A stretch of DNA of 64,000 nucleotides from Auanema rhodensis (lineage: Eukaryota > Animalia > Nematoda): positions 7,006,001 to 7,070,000 of the forward strand of contig OZ059898.1 in NCBI GenBank assembly GCA_964057225.1, written 5' to 3'. The notes under the pieces are model-generated. The model saw only the letters and a list, made by a program, of their open reading frames with translations, did no database searches and was not told the DNA's origin. A program made the position numbers and the translations under genes. Below are positions 43,397-56,282 of the stretch, one piece after another. How positions within the stretch are numbered: the stretch's first letter is position 1; the number at the start of each line of letters is the position of its first letter.

Positions 43397-44108
43397 TCAG
43401 CTCCCTTAAAAAAATAAATAAAAATGAACAAACTGTTAATATATTTAGATTTAAACGAATAAAACAGCTTCTGGAGAAGATCCAACAACACACGTCAAAA
43501 AGACCTAATCGCGCCGGGACTCAAATACAACAGGCCTTCATTTTCTGATGATTGCAAACGCATAACATATACGCTACACATATATAACAGTTTCAGAAAT
43601 TTCTGTTCTCTGCCTACCTTTAAAAAGAAAAACCATCGGTGAAGACAAAAAGATGACGAGTCATAACACAAATTGCTGATACTGAGGCATTTGTCTGAAG
43701 GTGGTAAAAAATCTAAAAGAAACTATTGAACAAATGCAGTTCAATATATGTGTGATTTTATGTTTATTGATTAATGAACTCTTCAATAGATCATGTCAGA
43801 TGGTGCTAAATACGTTCCCCTTGCAGGTTTAATGATTTCAAATTTAATGATTGCAGATTGCTGCTCAATATTCTATGTTGCATTTTGTTGTCTATTGAAA
43901 ATTTCTTGAAACTTTTAATTTAAAACTTGGTCAAATGAATTCAAATTTTCATATTCATTTACATTTATTACGAACAACAACATATTTGTATAATATACAT
44001 AATTTACAATGAGTGATAAAAAACCCGTAGTATGTCGACAGGTATTAAACATTTGAATGTGTGTATTCCCTAAGTCAACCAGAACAAAATTGTCATTATA
44101 AGTTTGCT

Positions 44109-45196
44109 TTAATAGTCTTTAATAACAGATGCTGCAGTTGGTTTTGCAATTTGTGCCTCTACGTCTAATAACTGCTTCATAGTATCAACCTGAAATAACA
44201 TTTTAATATATTATGCTGATCTGTGCGCTTTACCTTATGTTTGAATCGTCCGAGCGAATGTGATACACGACTTTTATGAATCAAATATGAAAATAGTATA
44301 AATATAACCACAACAGGAACTGTAATGTATACATAATTAGAATTTGCTTGGCATAAAAATAGACATACTGATCATAGCTGTGGTAATATAACCTGCAGTA
44401 CGATATCCAACCGCATCAAACTTCACAAAGAAGATTATTGCAATCTCAACTAAGAAAAGTAGAAGTCCAATACAAGTTGAGAATAGCCATGACAAGTCGA
44501 TATAAAATCTGAACATGGAATGTTAACTAAATAAAGGACATATCAACATTACTTCAAGCGTAAGTGGGGAGAATCCTGAGTACATCCAGTGGCCTCCATA
44601 TACGGCAAAATACATGTAGACATCATAAGTGCTAATAAGTGAACAGATACAAGAAGAGAAGTAACAACTCCAAGAACGATAAGTAAGGGACGAGGTGTAT
44701 CTTCATCATATTGCAACTCCACCAGTGCTACCTGCCACAGTCATATTAAATTAATTGATCAAGTCGATGGTTGTGTACCATTGCAAAACCGGCAAGTAAA
44801 GCTGATGTTCTTGAACTGGCTTTGAGCTGTGCCTTACTCAAATCATAATTATACTTCTCCGCCATGTCTAATTCTCCTCTGTGCCTAAACAAAGAAATAA
44901 GTTTCAATTATAAATTATCTTTAGAGTTCGTTTTTCCTAATAGATTCTATCTACCTAAGATCTGGCTCATCTTTAGTAGTGGTTGGCGGTGTAGGAGTTT
45001 GAAGCATAGATCTCAAACTCCTATTAGATCCATTTTGGGAAGGTGGTTGAAGATAAAATTGAGGCAAAGGCCAGGGTGGGCCTCCCCCCTGGGTGGCATG
45101 CCAAGTTTGTTGACTTATATCGTCAACTGATATAGATACTCTAGGCATTCCTTTTTGAATTAAAGCAGCTCTAGATGGATCATAGGAACGTGGCAT
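44109..45196 (-). CDS. orai-1: Orai CRAC channel subunit
   Basis: MPRSYDPSR start; SKAQLKASSRTSALLAGFAM|VALVE (TM1); HLLALMMSTCILP; ESPHLRL; four TMs. Stop at 44109-44111. Confidence 0.97.
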
Positions 45197-46075
45197 CTAA
45201 GCAATATAAAGATAACTAAAATAATACAAATACATAGCATGTGATATATTTGCATTAGAAGAACAGTAGAAAACAATCTAATCATAAAAGAAAAGTGGGA
45301 TTTCAAAATTATGAACGATTGAGGCTCAGACTCATTTATGCTCGTATCAGATAGATATATAAATGAAGATAACAGAGCGGAAGCGATGGTTAGAGACTAC
45401 GTAAATTGCATTGAATGCTTCTAAGATAGGAGTTTATTTTACAGTTATGACGCAAAATAGAATTGACTTCATACTGCGATGAATCGGGGAGAAAGGGGGT
45501 TTAAACTTGATATCATTGATCAAATTTTTTGGAGTAATGCTCTTCAGTTTAAGAGCAAAACATCCATGAGTAAGGAAATTTTTAATTTTTTCACGGAAAA
45601 AATCCTTATTTCCTGTGTCAATAAGATAGCCTGATGGAGCTTATCAGACTGAGCGAACAACTTTGAAACGAGATAGAACGAATTAGAAATTATTCCAAAA
45701 TACATATAAATATTACAATTGATTCGATTTTTGGTCTTGTTTAATTTTCATAAATTTTTCGATTGTTGTTAGACGACTAAGTGCAAAGTGGCCTATTCGG
45801 TAGAATATATGAAATTAGAAAAAACTGATAAACAAAACAGAAAACAACACTCAAAAAAAAGTTAGAACATGTGGAAAGTGAAGAACAGAAAGAAATATAA
45901 TTGTGATATTTAGATAGAATGAAAGTTGATTCTTCATGCATGGTAGCTGGTGGACGATTGCTGACGATATGACCAAGGGCTGTCGGGTCTGGGCATCTCC
46001 AAACTATTCCGTCGCCTAACTGATAACATCGACACAGACAATCAGCCATTACGAGAACCTTTTAATGTAGCTATG

Positions 46076-49000
46076 TCATCTGTTAAAAAAGGTTTATTTC
46101 GCTCCTTATGCACTATCTATGATTCAAAGGATGAATGCATAAAGACCGAAAAATCATAATAAAAGTAGAAACGAAGAGAATATGTCTTTGTCTCGTAAAA
46201 TAACGAAAGAATAAGCAAATAAACTAGTGATGAATTCCAAAAATTATTAACAAGAATGTCGATCAAAAAGTGCTCCGAGGAAATCAACCACAAAAAAGCA
46301 AAATTTTGTATATTATTACTATCTCACGATTAGGTGTGATAATAACATCCTAGATAAGACAAAAGAAATAACAGAAAAGGTGAAAGGAGAAAGGAGAAAG
46401 AACAACTTAAAAGGGATACAAAAATCATAGCCAATTGGTAAAAACTTGAAGAAAAAGCGGAAAAGAAACTTACTCTTTTGAAAAAGTGCGAAGCACAGGA
46501 GAGAAATTAGTCTGGGTGGGGTGCACCATTGGCGGCGTTTGTGCAATTCCGAACTGTACTCTACAACAGAAAAACTAGAAGTGAATGGATCATAATGATG
46601 TTTGTTGTGGATAGTTTCAAGTTGATTATATAGGTGATAGACAGACTAATGACCTTTCAGTCGGTGTCGATAGAAGATGTGAGCGAGAAGAAACGTGCGA
46701 TGACGTGCAGAAGATTATTGTAATATGATAGAGATCAAGAACTCTTACGATAGTTCCAAAGTTAAACGGAAATTTCATACTAGTTGTTTGAAAAAGATAA
46801 AATGAACGAATAATCAGGAAAACAAACATAAAGGTGTTGAGAACAGTGAAAGGGAAGCGAATGTCAACATATCTCAGCAATGCTTACAAGAAGAAGTAAA
46901 AACAAATGTTTCATTTTTTGTTTCTAAGTTGACAAAGCTGAAAAGTTGGTCTTGATCTTGGTTAAAAGAATTAGAAATATTAAGGGTATATATGAATTTA
47001 AAAATAGTTAGTATTGTACATTATTTTGATTGATTAGGTTATCTAAAGAAAATAATAAGGTAAAATGATATGATGTATGATAGTACAAAAACACATAACT
47101 ATTTTAAAAATAGTTATATAATATTTAAAATATAGTAAAAGCAATATGACCAACCTTGTAGGATCATTGAGAGAGGATAGTGATGTTCCCAAGTGACGAT
47201 TAGATGGGTTTAATGTAGACTCTGAAAATTTAAAAAATAAAAGATGATTTAATTCCCTGGATACTTTAAACAATTACACTTTACTCTCACTTTGTAATAT
47301 AGTAAAAATAATCCCAGAAAACTGGCCTTATATATATAATTATAAGATACTCTCCAAGCAGAAACATTTTAAAAAATGTACAGATATCTGCATCTATATT
47401 CGTCAATATTTAGGAGCAAAAGAGGGGTCACACGAGTTTGAGAGGAATCGATATTGGCGCTCTAGTCCAAACAAAAAAAAAGCCTTTTATACCTATGCAA
47501 ATTATAGAATAAGCTTGACGCAATAAGAAATTATTTTCAAATGTAAAAGATTAAAACACTTAAATTGATAAACTAAGAGGGATTATAACTGCGACATTAA
47601 AACTGAATTATCTTTCTAGTGCAGAACAAATCAAAAAGTTTCACCTCGAACAAATAAAAATGGAAATGGAAATTGAAATGAGGAAATATAAAACTAACCG
47701 ATTAACATTGAGGCTTCTTCTACTACGGCATCGTTTGGTAATGATGCACTAGAGTTCTGATCCATTTGAGGAAAATGTGGTTGTTTTGACCGACCACTTT
47801 TCACTTCACCGACTCGAACCATGTGGACACAGCCCCGAAATACAAGGACCGCCCCCTCTACACTAATTTCGTTTTTTTTTCAGTTTTAACAGGCAATATG
47901 AACAGAAACAGAAAAACAGAAAAAAAACTTTGAATTATGGAAAAGAAGTCGCCAATCGATTTACTGGTGTCGAATCCAAGTATATTTGAACTTAGTTCGA
48001 CAGTCAGTCTCCAGCTGTTCTAGAGGACTAATGACAATGAAAACAAGTATTGAAGAAGAACTGTGACTCAAAATGAAATTAGTAGATACAGGAAAGGTTA
48101 CTTATCAAGAACTAAAATCGCGACCTTTATCGATATAAGGATTCAACTAATTCGTTATCTTGAAATTAAATCGCTAAAGATGTAAAGAAAAAACGTGAAT
48201 ATCAAAGGGTAAACAAGAACTCATAGAATTTTAAAAACTACCCCGAGGTAAAACAAGATATTTAAATTAAATTGAAAATGATGTATCGCGTACTCGCGCG
48301 ACACACCGTAATCAGAAAAAATTTCCATATCAGACAGATAGCTGTTATAATGTAAGAACCATATCATAAGAATCTGTGCCTTAGAATTCAGTGCTTTGAG
48401 GGTTTTTATATAAAATTCTTGCTTCAAACATGAGTCTTTCGTATTTCTATGAATCATTCAAATGAATGAATTTAACTGTGTGCTAGCTCTCAAAAGAATA
48501 CATTCTGATATCATACCAAGCATCACATAAAATATGAGGAATCATGGCTTCACAGCTAAATTTTCAGAAAAAAAACTGGGAAAAAACTTACTATGTAACT
48601 GCTGTGTCATTCTTTCCAATTCCAATTTTGCGACATCAAGATGTAAGACATCAGCGGAATAATTTCGTTGCTTTTCATCGATGAATCGAGCTCGAGAAGC
48701 TCCTACAGCTGGAAAAACACTCATGAAAATGATAAAACTAAGTAAAATTGTTTTAAAAAATTTAGGACAACTGTTAAGTTGTTTTATCTTTCTACACCCA
48801 GTTACTTAGTCGAAAACAAAGCTCAATTTTCATAGAAATACTCTCAAAATCTGTAGATTACTAAGAAAAAAACTGAAAAAACGTTGAAAAAAAAACTAAA
48901 AGTTGCCTGGATGTTTGTTGATTGGACGTACTCTCATGACTGATTGAACTCAAATAAATGTTTTATCTTTTGTTATCCTCATGGTTTATTTGCAATATGG

Positions 49001-49927
49001 TAACATATTATAGAGGATTGGAACTAATTATGGAAAAAGAACGATTGACGAACATTCATAATTTGTTTTTAAATACTAAAAAAGTTATTAAAATTTTCAA
49101 ACAAAATAAACTTAAACTTGTAATCTTTATTATAGAACTGAAATTTGTTGTTATTTATTTGCTAACGAAAAGCTGTAGCCCAACTTAAGAAAGAAAACAT
49201 TTGTTTTCTGATTATGTGTTTGAGTAGAAACTTGTGATCTTTTTTTAGGAATATAGCTACTTTTCTTATGATTGTCTATTTTATTCATAAATTTTATGAA
49301 GTTCGTTAAAAAAAACTAGTTCACACGTGAAATTTACCTGCTTTATGTGGATTAATAATGATTCCCAATCTGTTTTCAACATCATGAAGAGATACAGATG
49401 ACACCGCCCCTAAACGGAAAACATCAATAGTCGTAAAGTACTTATAGAAATTTAAAAGAGATTTAAATTAATTTAAACAACTTACGCTTATAGAACTGCG
49501 GTTTGTTTTCTTTCTCAACCGTCTCTATATTCGTTACAGATCCTGATGCTAAAAAAAAACTGTTCACACTAATAGAATAAACTTTTTTCTATTTTAATGT
49601 TTTGTTATATTTTTTGGTTTTTTTGTTGCTTGAACAAACTTTTACGACGGATGGTTTGGCGCGGAGTCCAATAGCCACCTATAGAGTCTCGTAATTCAGC
49701 ATCTTCCTGCTCTGATAAATGTTGGCCATCAGGCTCCTGAAATTAAAATTTTGCTAAATGATCGTTATAAGAAGGCTTACTATCTGATCTTCCAATTTAC
49801 TACAAGCATTTTCAATAATTGGTTCTTGAGATGTAGCAAGTATGTTATTGCTCTCGGGTGGAGCAATGATTTTCGTGATGTTTTCGTTTTTAGCCTCCTT
49901 GGCATCAGAATTGATTCCGTCGTTCAT
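46076..49927 (-). CDS. Small low-complexity protein with three alternative first exons and an RVQF motif
   Basis: First coding exons from ATG 49927 (four exons), ATG 48724 and ATG 47765 all end in phase-1 donors. Shared exons 47155-47221 and 46474-46560 encode ESTLNPSNRHLGTSLSSLNDPTRVQFGIAQTPPMVHPTQTNFSPVLRTFSKE; TGA at 46076-46078. Confidence 0.6.
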
Positions 49928-51209
49928 GTATCTAAAGTTTTAACAAACATGAATATCCTCAAGAAAAAATATAAATATGTACATCAAATGTGTAAAAAGT
50001 GTAGAAAATGAACGAGAACAATTTGAAAGTGTAACGATGTAAAACTAGCAGGTTTTATGGTTCCAGACAGGTTCTAAAGTATTATTTTAGAAATGAACCA
50101 AACATTTGTTTTTATGAATATAGAGTATTTTTGTGATTTTATGTATTTTAAAGTTCACCTAATGATCAAACAAAAACGGACTTTTATGCATTCTTATAAA
50201 TCAAAAAGAACAAAAAATAGAAAGTATAAGATATAATACTGTTACCAGATCTACGAAGAAACAGTGTGATGAATAAGAAACAGATCGAACAACACTGAAA
50301 TATATTTCTTTCTCGAAGTTCAAATAGACACAGATTAACCTCTTGTTAATTTTCGTTAGACAGATAAGTCGCTCCCATGTGGATAGATAGTTCTATGAAG
50401 ACGACGCAAAATAGTCTTTAGAAATACAAATAAAAGATTATTCCTGATTCGCAATGAAAATGATGTCAAAAGAAAGTTAAGCATGAAACAAGGATGATAT
50501 TAACAAAAGAGAAATGTGGCATATGAACATGACCTCATCGTGTATCCAACGCCTACGTAGTAAAGATTGAGTAACTTTGAAAAAATTGTGGCCAAGATGA
50601 TTTTTTAAGATAAACGTTTCCGAATATAATATAATTCTCAAATGTATTTTCATATAATATGATATGAAGATGATTAAAAGCGTATTTAGGGCAATATTTT
50701 TGAAGATAGAATCAGCGCAACTTGAAGAAAGTGAAATAAAGTGAATGGTCACTAATGTTATGATTGGTTAAAGATACTTCGAAGTCCAGGAAAATCATAA
50801 ATGTGAAAGACTAGCAATACAAATTTATCAAGTGATTTAATAGAAAAGAGGATTATTCTCTCTAACAGCTACAGAATATTAGTTAAACCAAAGACTGTGG
50901 AACAAGGTTGAACGTAGAGAATTACTATTATGCATATACAACTAAAACGTAATCATAGCTCAAAAAAAGACCATAAATTCAATAAGTGAATCAGGCATTG
51001 TTAGTCCTTTGTATTTTTGTGGTGAGCTGTAAGACAAACTTCTTGGTCTTCTTAGAATGATTTCCTGTAGTTCAATAGAAAACATTAAAACACAGTTGAA
51101 TTGAACTGATAAAAGACAGATTTATCTGTTGGCAGTTTAAATTAACAATTTTTCTCAATGAATAAAATGTGTAACAACAATTAACAATAACAATCATATT
51201 TAACAAAAA

Positions 51210-53149
51210 TTAAAAATTTTCTTTCTGAGGGCTACCTCGACCACTTCGACGCCGAACTCTTTTGGGGCTAGCAGAACGATCAATCCTTGTTTGTAAATAA
51301 TGGAAACGTTCAAGCCAATATTGCGCTTCTGAGACTATAAGTTCTAGGTTGGTCGAACTGAAAATCAAATGATATGAACAATACGATAATAGAAACAGAC
51401 TTTTCAAGGAAGTCTTGATCTGGTTGAATTTTAAGTTTCCACGTTCGGTCTCCTTTCACGCCAAACGTTGATAATATTTGTTCGGCATCTCCTGAGTTCA
51501 AGAGGAAACATCTATAAAACAACAGATTTCATGGTTTTCGAAATTTTGAATCTTTACTTTGATAAAGTAGATCTAGTTACTCTATGACCCGCATCGATTA
51601 ACGCCAAAGCCAAATCCCTAGCTTCTCGCCAAACTTCAGATCTCTGATCATCGGTCTTAATATATTCGAGGTAAGTGTTGAAACTTCATTGAACAGCTTA
51701 CTTTTCCATTAGACACGGCATGAGCAGGAGGGAGATTTTGAAAAAGAAAATCTGATTTCAAAACCCAAACTCCGCTAACTAAATGTGCGTATTTCTTTAA
51801 ACCTTCGATAAGTTCTGTTCTTTCAATTTCAGGGTGAATTAATTTAGCTAAGTCATCAGTTTTTATTACACGAGCTGAAACCAGATAGTAAATTATATAT
51901 ATATATATATAGTTAATTTCAAACCTTTTATAACCTGTGCCTTAATTTGAAGATGAGCAGGTAATTCTCGTATTCTCTGATGAGACATTTGTTGATCCGT
52001 ATTCGTTAGATCCCTGGAAAACTTAAGAATAATAAAAATTATAATAATATATTTACAATTGTTCCATTTTTCCGCAAATAATCGCCCTTTGTACAATATC
52101 TCTCATTCCTAACTGTTCTTTTTCTTGCTCTGCTTCAGCAACTTCAGGGGAAAGCGCATCCCATTTATCAAGTACTACATCAGACTGAAAACGTTTCCTT
52201 AACTTTGTGCAAAACTTTGGTGGCTTACTTCTTCTAGAAAAACATTCATTGGTATCCAATGATCACTAGCAATCATTTTTTCCCGATGCAAGGCACTAGC
52301 TTCGCGTCTACATGCAACATTGTAAAAATGAAACTTTTTTAAAAAAATTACCTCTTTTTCTGCCGTTCAGTTTCCGGCCGAGAAAATTTAATTCTTAAAG
52401 GTTGACTTCCAGCAGGCCCTTCATTATCGGATTCTTCAGTCAAGTTTCCTACAATATTATAATTATCATGAATCTATAGAAAAGAATATATGAACCATCT
52501 TCCTCTTTCCCTTTATTTTTGGAATTTAAAATCGCTAATGACCTTTGCATACAGAACGTTCCATTTACAGGGCATAAAAAGAATTTTCCTAAAACTACAG
52601 TCAATAAATTAAAAATCCTAAAGTGATACCGTCTTTAAAAAAGCCCATTGCATATTGTAGCGGTTGATGGTCGGAAAAAGCACGACCTTCGTAAATTTCA
52701 TCCGATTTCTTAGCTCCAGGTCTATAACATAACTTTATTAATTAAAACAGTCGCAACATACATTTCCGTTTTTACTTGGGTGCTTGGATTCATAACATTA
52801 AGCTTTGTCGAATCAAAAGATGCACTTTCGGTGTCCGCGGATAGCCTTATTTCCATCTACAGAATAACAATTATAAATTTTATCATCACTCAGAAACGTA
52901 CTAATTTCACGTTTTTCTTGTATCTAAGCCTAGGTTGTACATCTGGGTGGAAAGTTCTCTTTTTTCTTGTTGGAAACTGAACCCGATATAGTTCAGTCCG
53001 AGGAATATCGTTACAAATAACAACATCATGCTGAAGATTTAATAATCAAGAAAAGTTCCGAACTAATTTCATACTTCGACAGCTACTTCTTCCTCTTCAT
53101 CAGCAGATGAAACACTAGGTTTTTTAACCCTTCGCTGTTTAGGAGGCAT
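51210..53149 (-). CDS. POLR3E: RNA polymerase III subunit RPC5 (Sin-like)
   Basis: LYRVQFPTR, YAMGFFK, LCPVNG, PLRIKFSRPETERQKKRR..SDHWIPM (Sin_N domain) and AHLVSGVWVLKS, matching the RPC5/C37 family. Confidence 0.85.
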
Positions 53150-53487
53150 CCTCTGAAGTTAAAAAAGTTTGAATCATTATCCAGAACACTATTAAAGTTA
53201 ATTTCATATATAATAGGTTGCATAAAAGAATATAAAACATATTTTAATATATACTTTGAATAAAGAAACATTACGTGAACCCGAAAATTAGTACGTAAAA
53301 CTTCCATTACCCATTATTTTATTTTTTTATTCGTTTCCCTTTCATTGAAAAAATATTGTGAATTTATTACCTTCTCATTTGTTATATTTTAATTCATGTT
53401 TATATCTTATTATTTATTAATTCAGTACTTATATATATATATATATTTTGAAACCAAAGGTAACGTTCCTTTTACGTATAAATTAAG

Positions 53488-53516
53488 TTTGAATTTTCAA
53501 AATTTGAAAATTCAAA
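53488..53516. promoter_or_regulatory. Perfect 14-bp inverted repeat built from TTTGAA/TTCAAA (CHR-like) in the divergent POLR3E/Dbf4 promoter
   Basis: TTTGAATTTTCAAA-A-TTTGAAAATTCAAA. Confidence 0.45.
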
Positions 53517-53657
53517 TTACACCTTAGACGAAAAAATATTTTACCTTATGCTTAACTTTATCTATCATTAATTTTTATGTTTTTGTTGTATTCATATTTT
53601 TTAACTTTTTCATTATCACTTGATTAGCATTTTGTAGACTATAGCAGTTTTAGAAAA

Positions 53658-54955
53658 ATGGTTCACGATAGAGGCCGTTTGCAGCCTGTTCTACGGGCAT
53701 CCGCTAGAAGATCATTAACTTCGTCAACTCCACTTGGCTCCCCTAGTTCATTAATTGGTAGTCGAAAAGAATTAGTAATTAACCAACTCCCTCTAAAGGT
53801 AAAAATATTCATTTGTAGTACAGTTTATTTTTTATATTTAGGATAAAGATGTAGTACTTGATGTTATGGATACTAAAAAATGTGAAGAATTAAAATATGA
53901 TATAGTTCGAGTAGGTGGGAATATTGTTGACTTCATATCGGAGGATAAACCCCCATTTCTTGTTGTTTCTGATCATGCCATTGCTGCTAAATTAGAAGTT
54001 AAAAGATTATATGATGGGGTTAAAATTGAACCAGAGGTTTTTCAATCTTATTTTTCGTTTTATGGTATTATATATTCAGCTTCTGAGAAAGCTTCCTTTG
54101 ATGTTAAAAGACGCAGTGAGGCAAAGAATACGCGTAAGGCATGTGAATTCGTTTTCTGCTTGTTTGAATAGAGCTAAATCATTAGTGAAATCATCCAGAG
54201 CTTCCCTAGGATTAACGAATGCGCCTACCAAAGCACCTAGACCTTCCGTACGTTTTATCAAAAATAATGTTACTTTTAGTTCCTTTTTAGTTAGTAGATA
54301 AACCAAGAGTTCTTCAAGAGCCGTTTATAAAGTTTGAAGATGCCACAGGGATGTACGCTCCCTCCTATAAGGTATCACATTTGTGTAATTTAACATTTTG
54401 GTATTGTTTTAGGAATTTCGGTCGTCTCCAAACAATAATTTTGCTACAATATATCTGGGAAAGTACTTCGGGATGTCTTTGTTTCATCAATCTACAGCTG
54501 ATCAGCAAGTGAGGAGGTATGCATTATCTATTCCTCCATCTATCGATATATTCATTTATTCTATTCATCTTAGGCAACGTGAAATAGAAAATAAAGATGT
54601 TGAAGAAGATTGTCCATCTCCACCACGTGCGAATTATGTATCGAAACCTCAGAAGAAGGGAGGATTTTGTGAAATCTGTTCAAGATCTTGTGATGATCTC
54701 CGTTTGGTTAGTTCGCTGAAAATCTTTTATCTCATATTGATAAATTCTTAGCATTACTCGTCGAAAGAGCATTTGGCTATTGTAAATCAGCCCGGCTTTT
54801 ATGATGAGGTTGATGCACTGCTTGGCTCTTATGTTGATCATATAACGGTATGTTTTGGAATGTATGTTGAAAATAATGTTTACCTTTAGGTTCCGCATTC
54901 CCGTACGTTAAAACGTAAAGCAACCCCCTTACCCCTCGGTGTTAAGTATTGCTAA
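53658..54955 (+). CDS. DBF4: Dbf4/ASK-like Cdc7 kinase activator (motifs N, M and C/zf-DBF)
   Basis: Motif N-like: KDVVLDVMDTKKCEELKYDIVRVGGNIVDFISEDKPPFLVVSD. Motif M-like: RVLQEPFIKFEDATGMYAPSYKEF. Motif C: KKGGFCEICSRSCDDLRL|HYSSKEHLAIVNQPGFYDEVDALL. The 3' end is uncertain. Confidence 0.82.
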
Positions 54956-55033
54956 CATTAGTTTAGCCAAAGTCAAGTATAAAATTGCTGTTATTTCATA
55001 CTATCAGGTCTTTTATCATTCTCGGGATTTATA

Positions 55034-55670
55034 TATTAGGTGTGCGCAAAAGTTTCTGGCCATCCACATTGAAATTCGAATAAATATTTTTGGATTAAAA
55101 ATATCATAAAATAAATTTGAAATTATATTTAAAAAAGTGTTTGAAATCTAAATTATTCAAAAAAGTTTTTTGTTTTGACTTTTTTTGGTTTGCTCTCTTT
55201 TTCTGAACTGTCTTTTGACAAGGAACACATCCATAATTTTGAATCTGCATTTCATTCAAGATTTAAGTGTTTAGAAAGCTTAAAATATTTTCCAATCTAT
55301 TTATTGTGAAGATATACCTTATAGTACCTCTAAATGATGGCACGTCAGGTTTAAATCTAACAACTTAGATCTGGAAACAAACTGACCCCCAAAAAAGTGA
55401 TGTTATATTGTTTTCGGGATGAAGGACGAATAATTCATTACGAATTATTTGGTTGAGGTGAGACGTTGAATAGTCTGCTCTATGTCCTTGTTGAAACCTT
55501 CTTGACCAGCTTTTTCGAGATGAATCCTGCGTTGTTCAAAAAAGGTATAAGAAAGTTGATTGAGAATTTGCAGTAAGCCTTGGAGAATAATGGAAAACAC
55601 TTTTAAAAAGTTTCTGGACACACGCTTTAAAAATATGAGGTGGACCAGAAACGTTTGCGCACACCTAATA
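55034..55670 (+). mobile_element. Internally deleted, non-autonomous mariner (Tc1/mariner) element
   Basis: ~28-bp TIRs TATTAGGTGTGCGCAAAAGTTTCTGG.. / ..CCAGAAACGTTTGCGCACACCTAATA with TA ends. Degenerate transposase fragment LTPKKVMLYCFRDEGRIIHYELFG*GETLNS at ~55382-55475. Confidence 0.9.
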
Positions 55671-56282
55671 CGATTTGCTGATCAACTGGCCAAAGGTCTG
55701 CTAATCAAACATCAAAATGTTTTTTTTAAAGTATATCAGCATGGTTTTAATTATTATTAGTTTTTTTTTCGAAGTTTTTAGAAGAGTTTGATTGATCCTT
55801 CGAAATTATTTCAGCTACTAACTGTAAAAATTCATTCTTCCTATAAAATAACTTTTAATTATAATCAAACTCTTTTTACGCGTCTAGGTATAGCACAGCA
55901 CCTCTTGAAATATAATTTTAAAAATAGTCTAGCTCCGTGCTTTAATTTGAACGAATTTTGTGTGAATCGTTTGTATTTTTATGTAAGGATAAGAAGAATC
56001 GTGATATCAAACCTGTAACATATGTTACCTTTGAAAACTTGGCCTTTTTGAAGTTATGTCATTGCTTTCTACTAATTGGCTAGTGTTGAATTTTCTCGGT
56101 TACTCATCTTGTTTAAAACGAGGTTTTCGGATTATAGGTATCATTTATTTGCCCAGTGAATTTACTCGTTACATTTGTTGCTTACAAGAAATAATGTTGA
56201 ACCTCGTTATGATTTTACTTTTAGACATTTGCTGAACATTTCGTTGTATTCGTTACAAAAAATAAAATTTGTTTCCTCGAAG

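Noticed and set aside
45638-45652. 15-nt exact match (AGCTTATCAGACTGA) to vertebrate miR-21
   Set aside because: No convincing precursor hairpin, the match is incomplete at both ends, and miR-21 is not a nematode family. Treated as chance.
46035-46079. SECIS-like ATGA-N12-AA-N18-GA pattern on the minus strand at the small gene's TGA
   Set aside because: Helix II does not pair next to the GA quartet, and the element overlaps the stop codon itself.
45170-46560. Upstream small-gene exons as an N-terminal extension of Orai
   Set aside because: The main orai-1 acceptor (45197) is phase 0 while the upstream donors are phase 2. Only a weak internal AG would fit, and MPRSYDPSR looks like the native ORAI-1 start.
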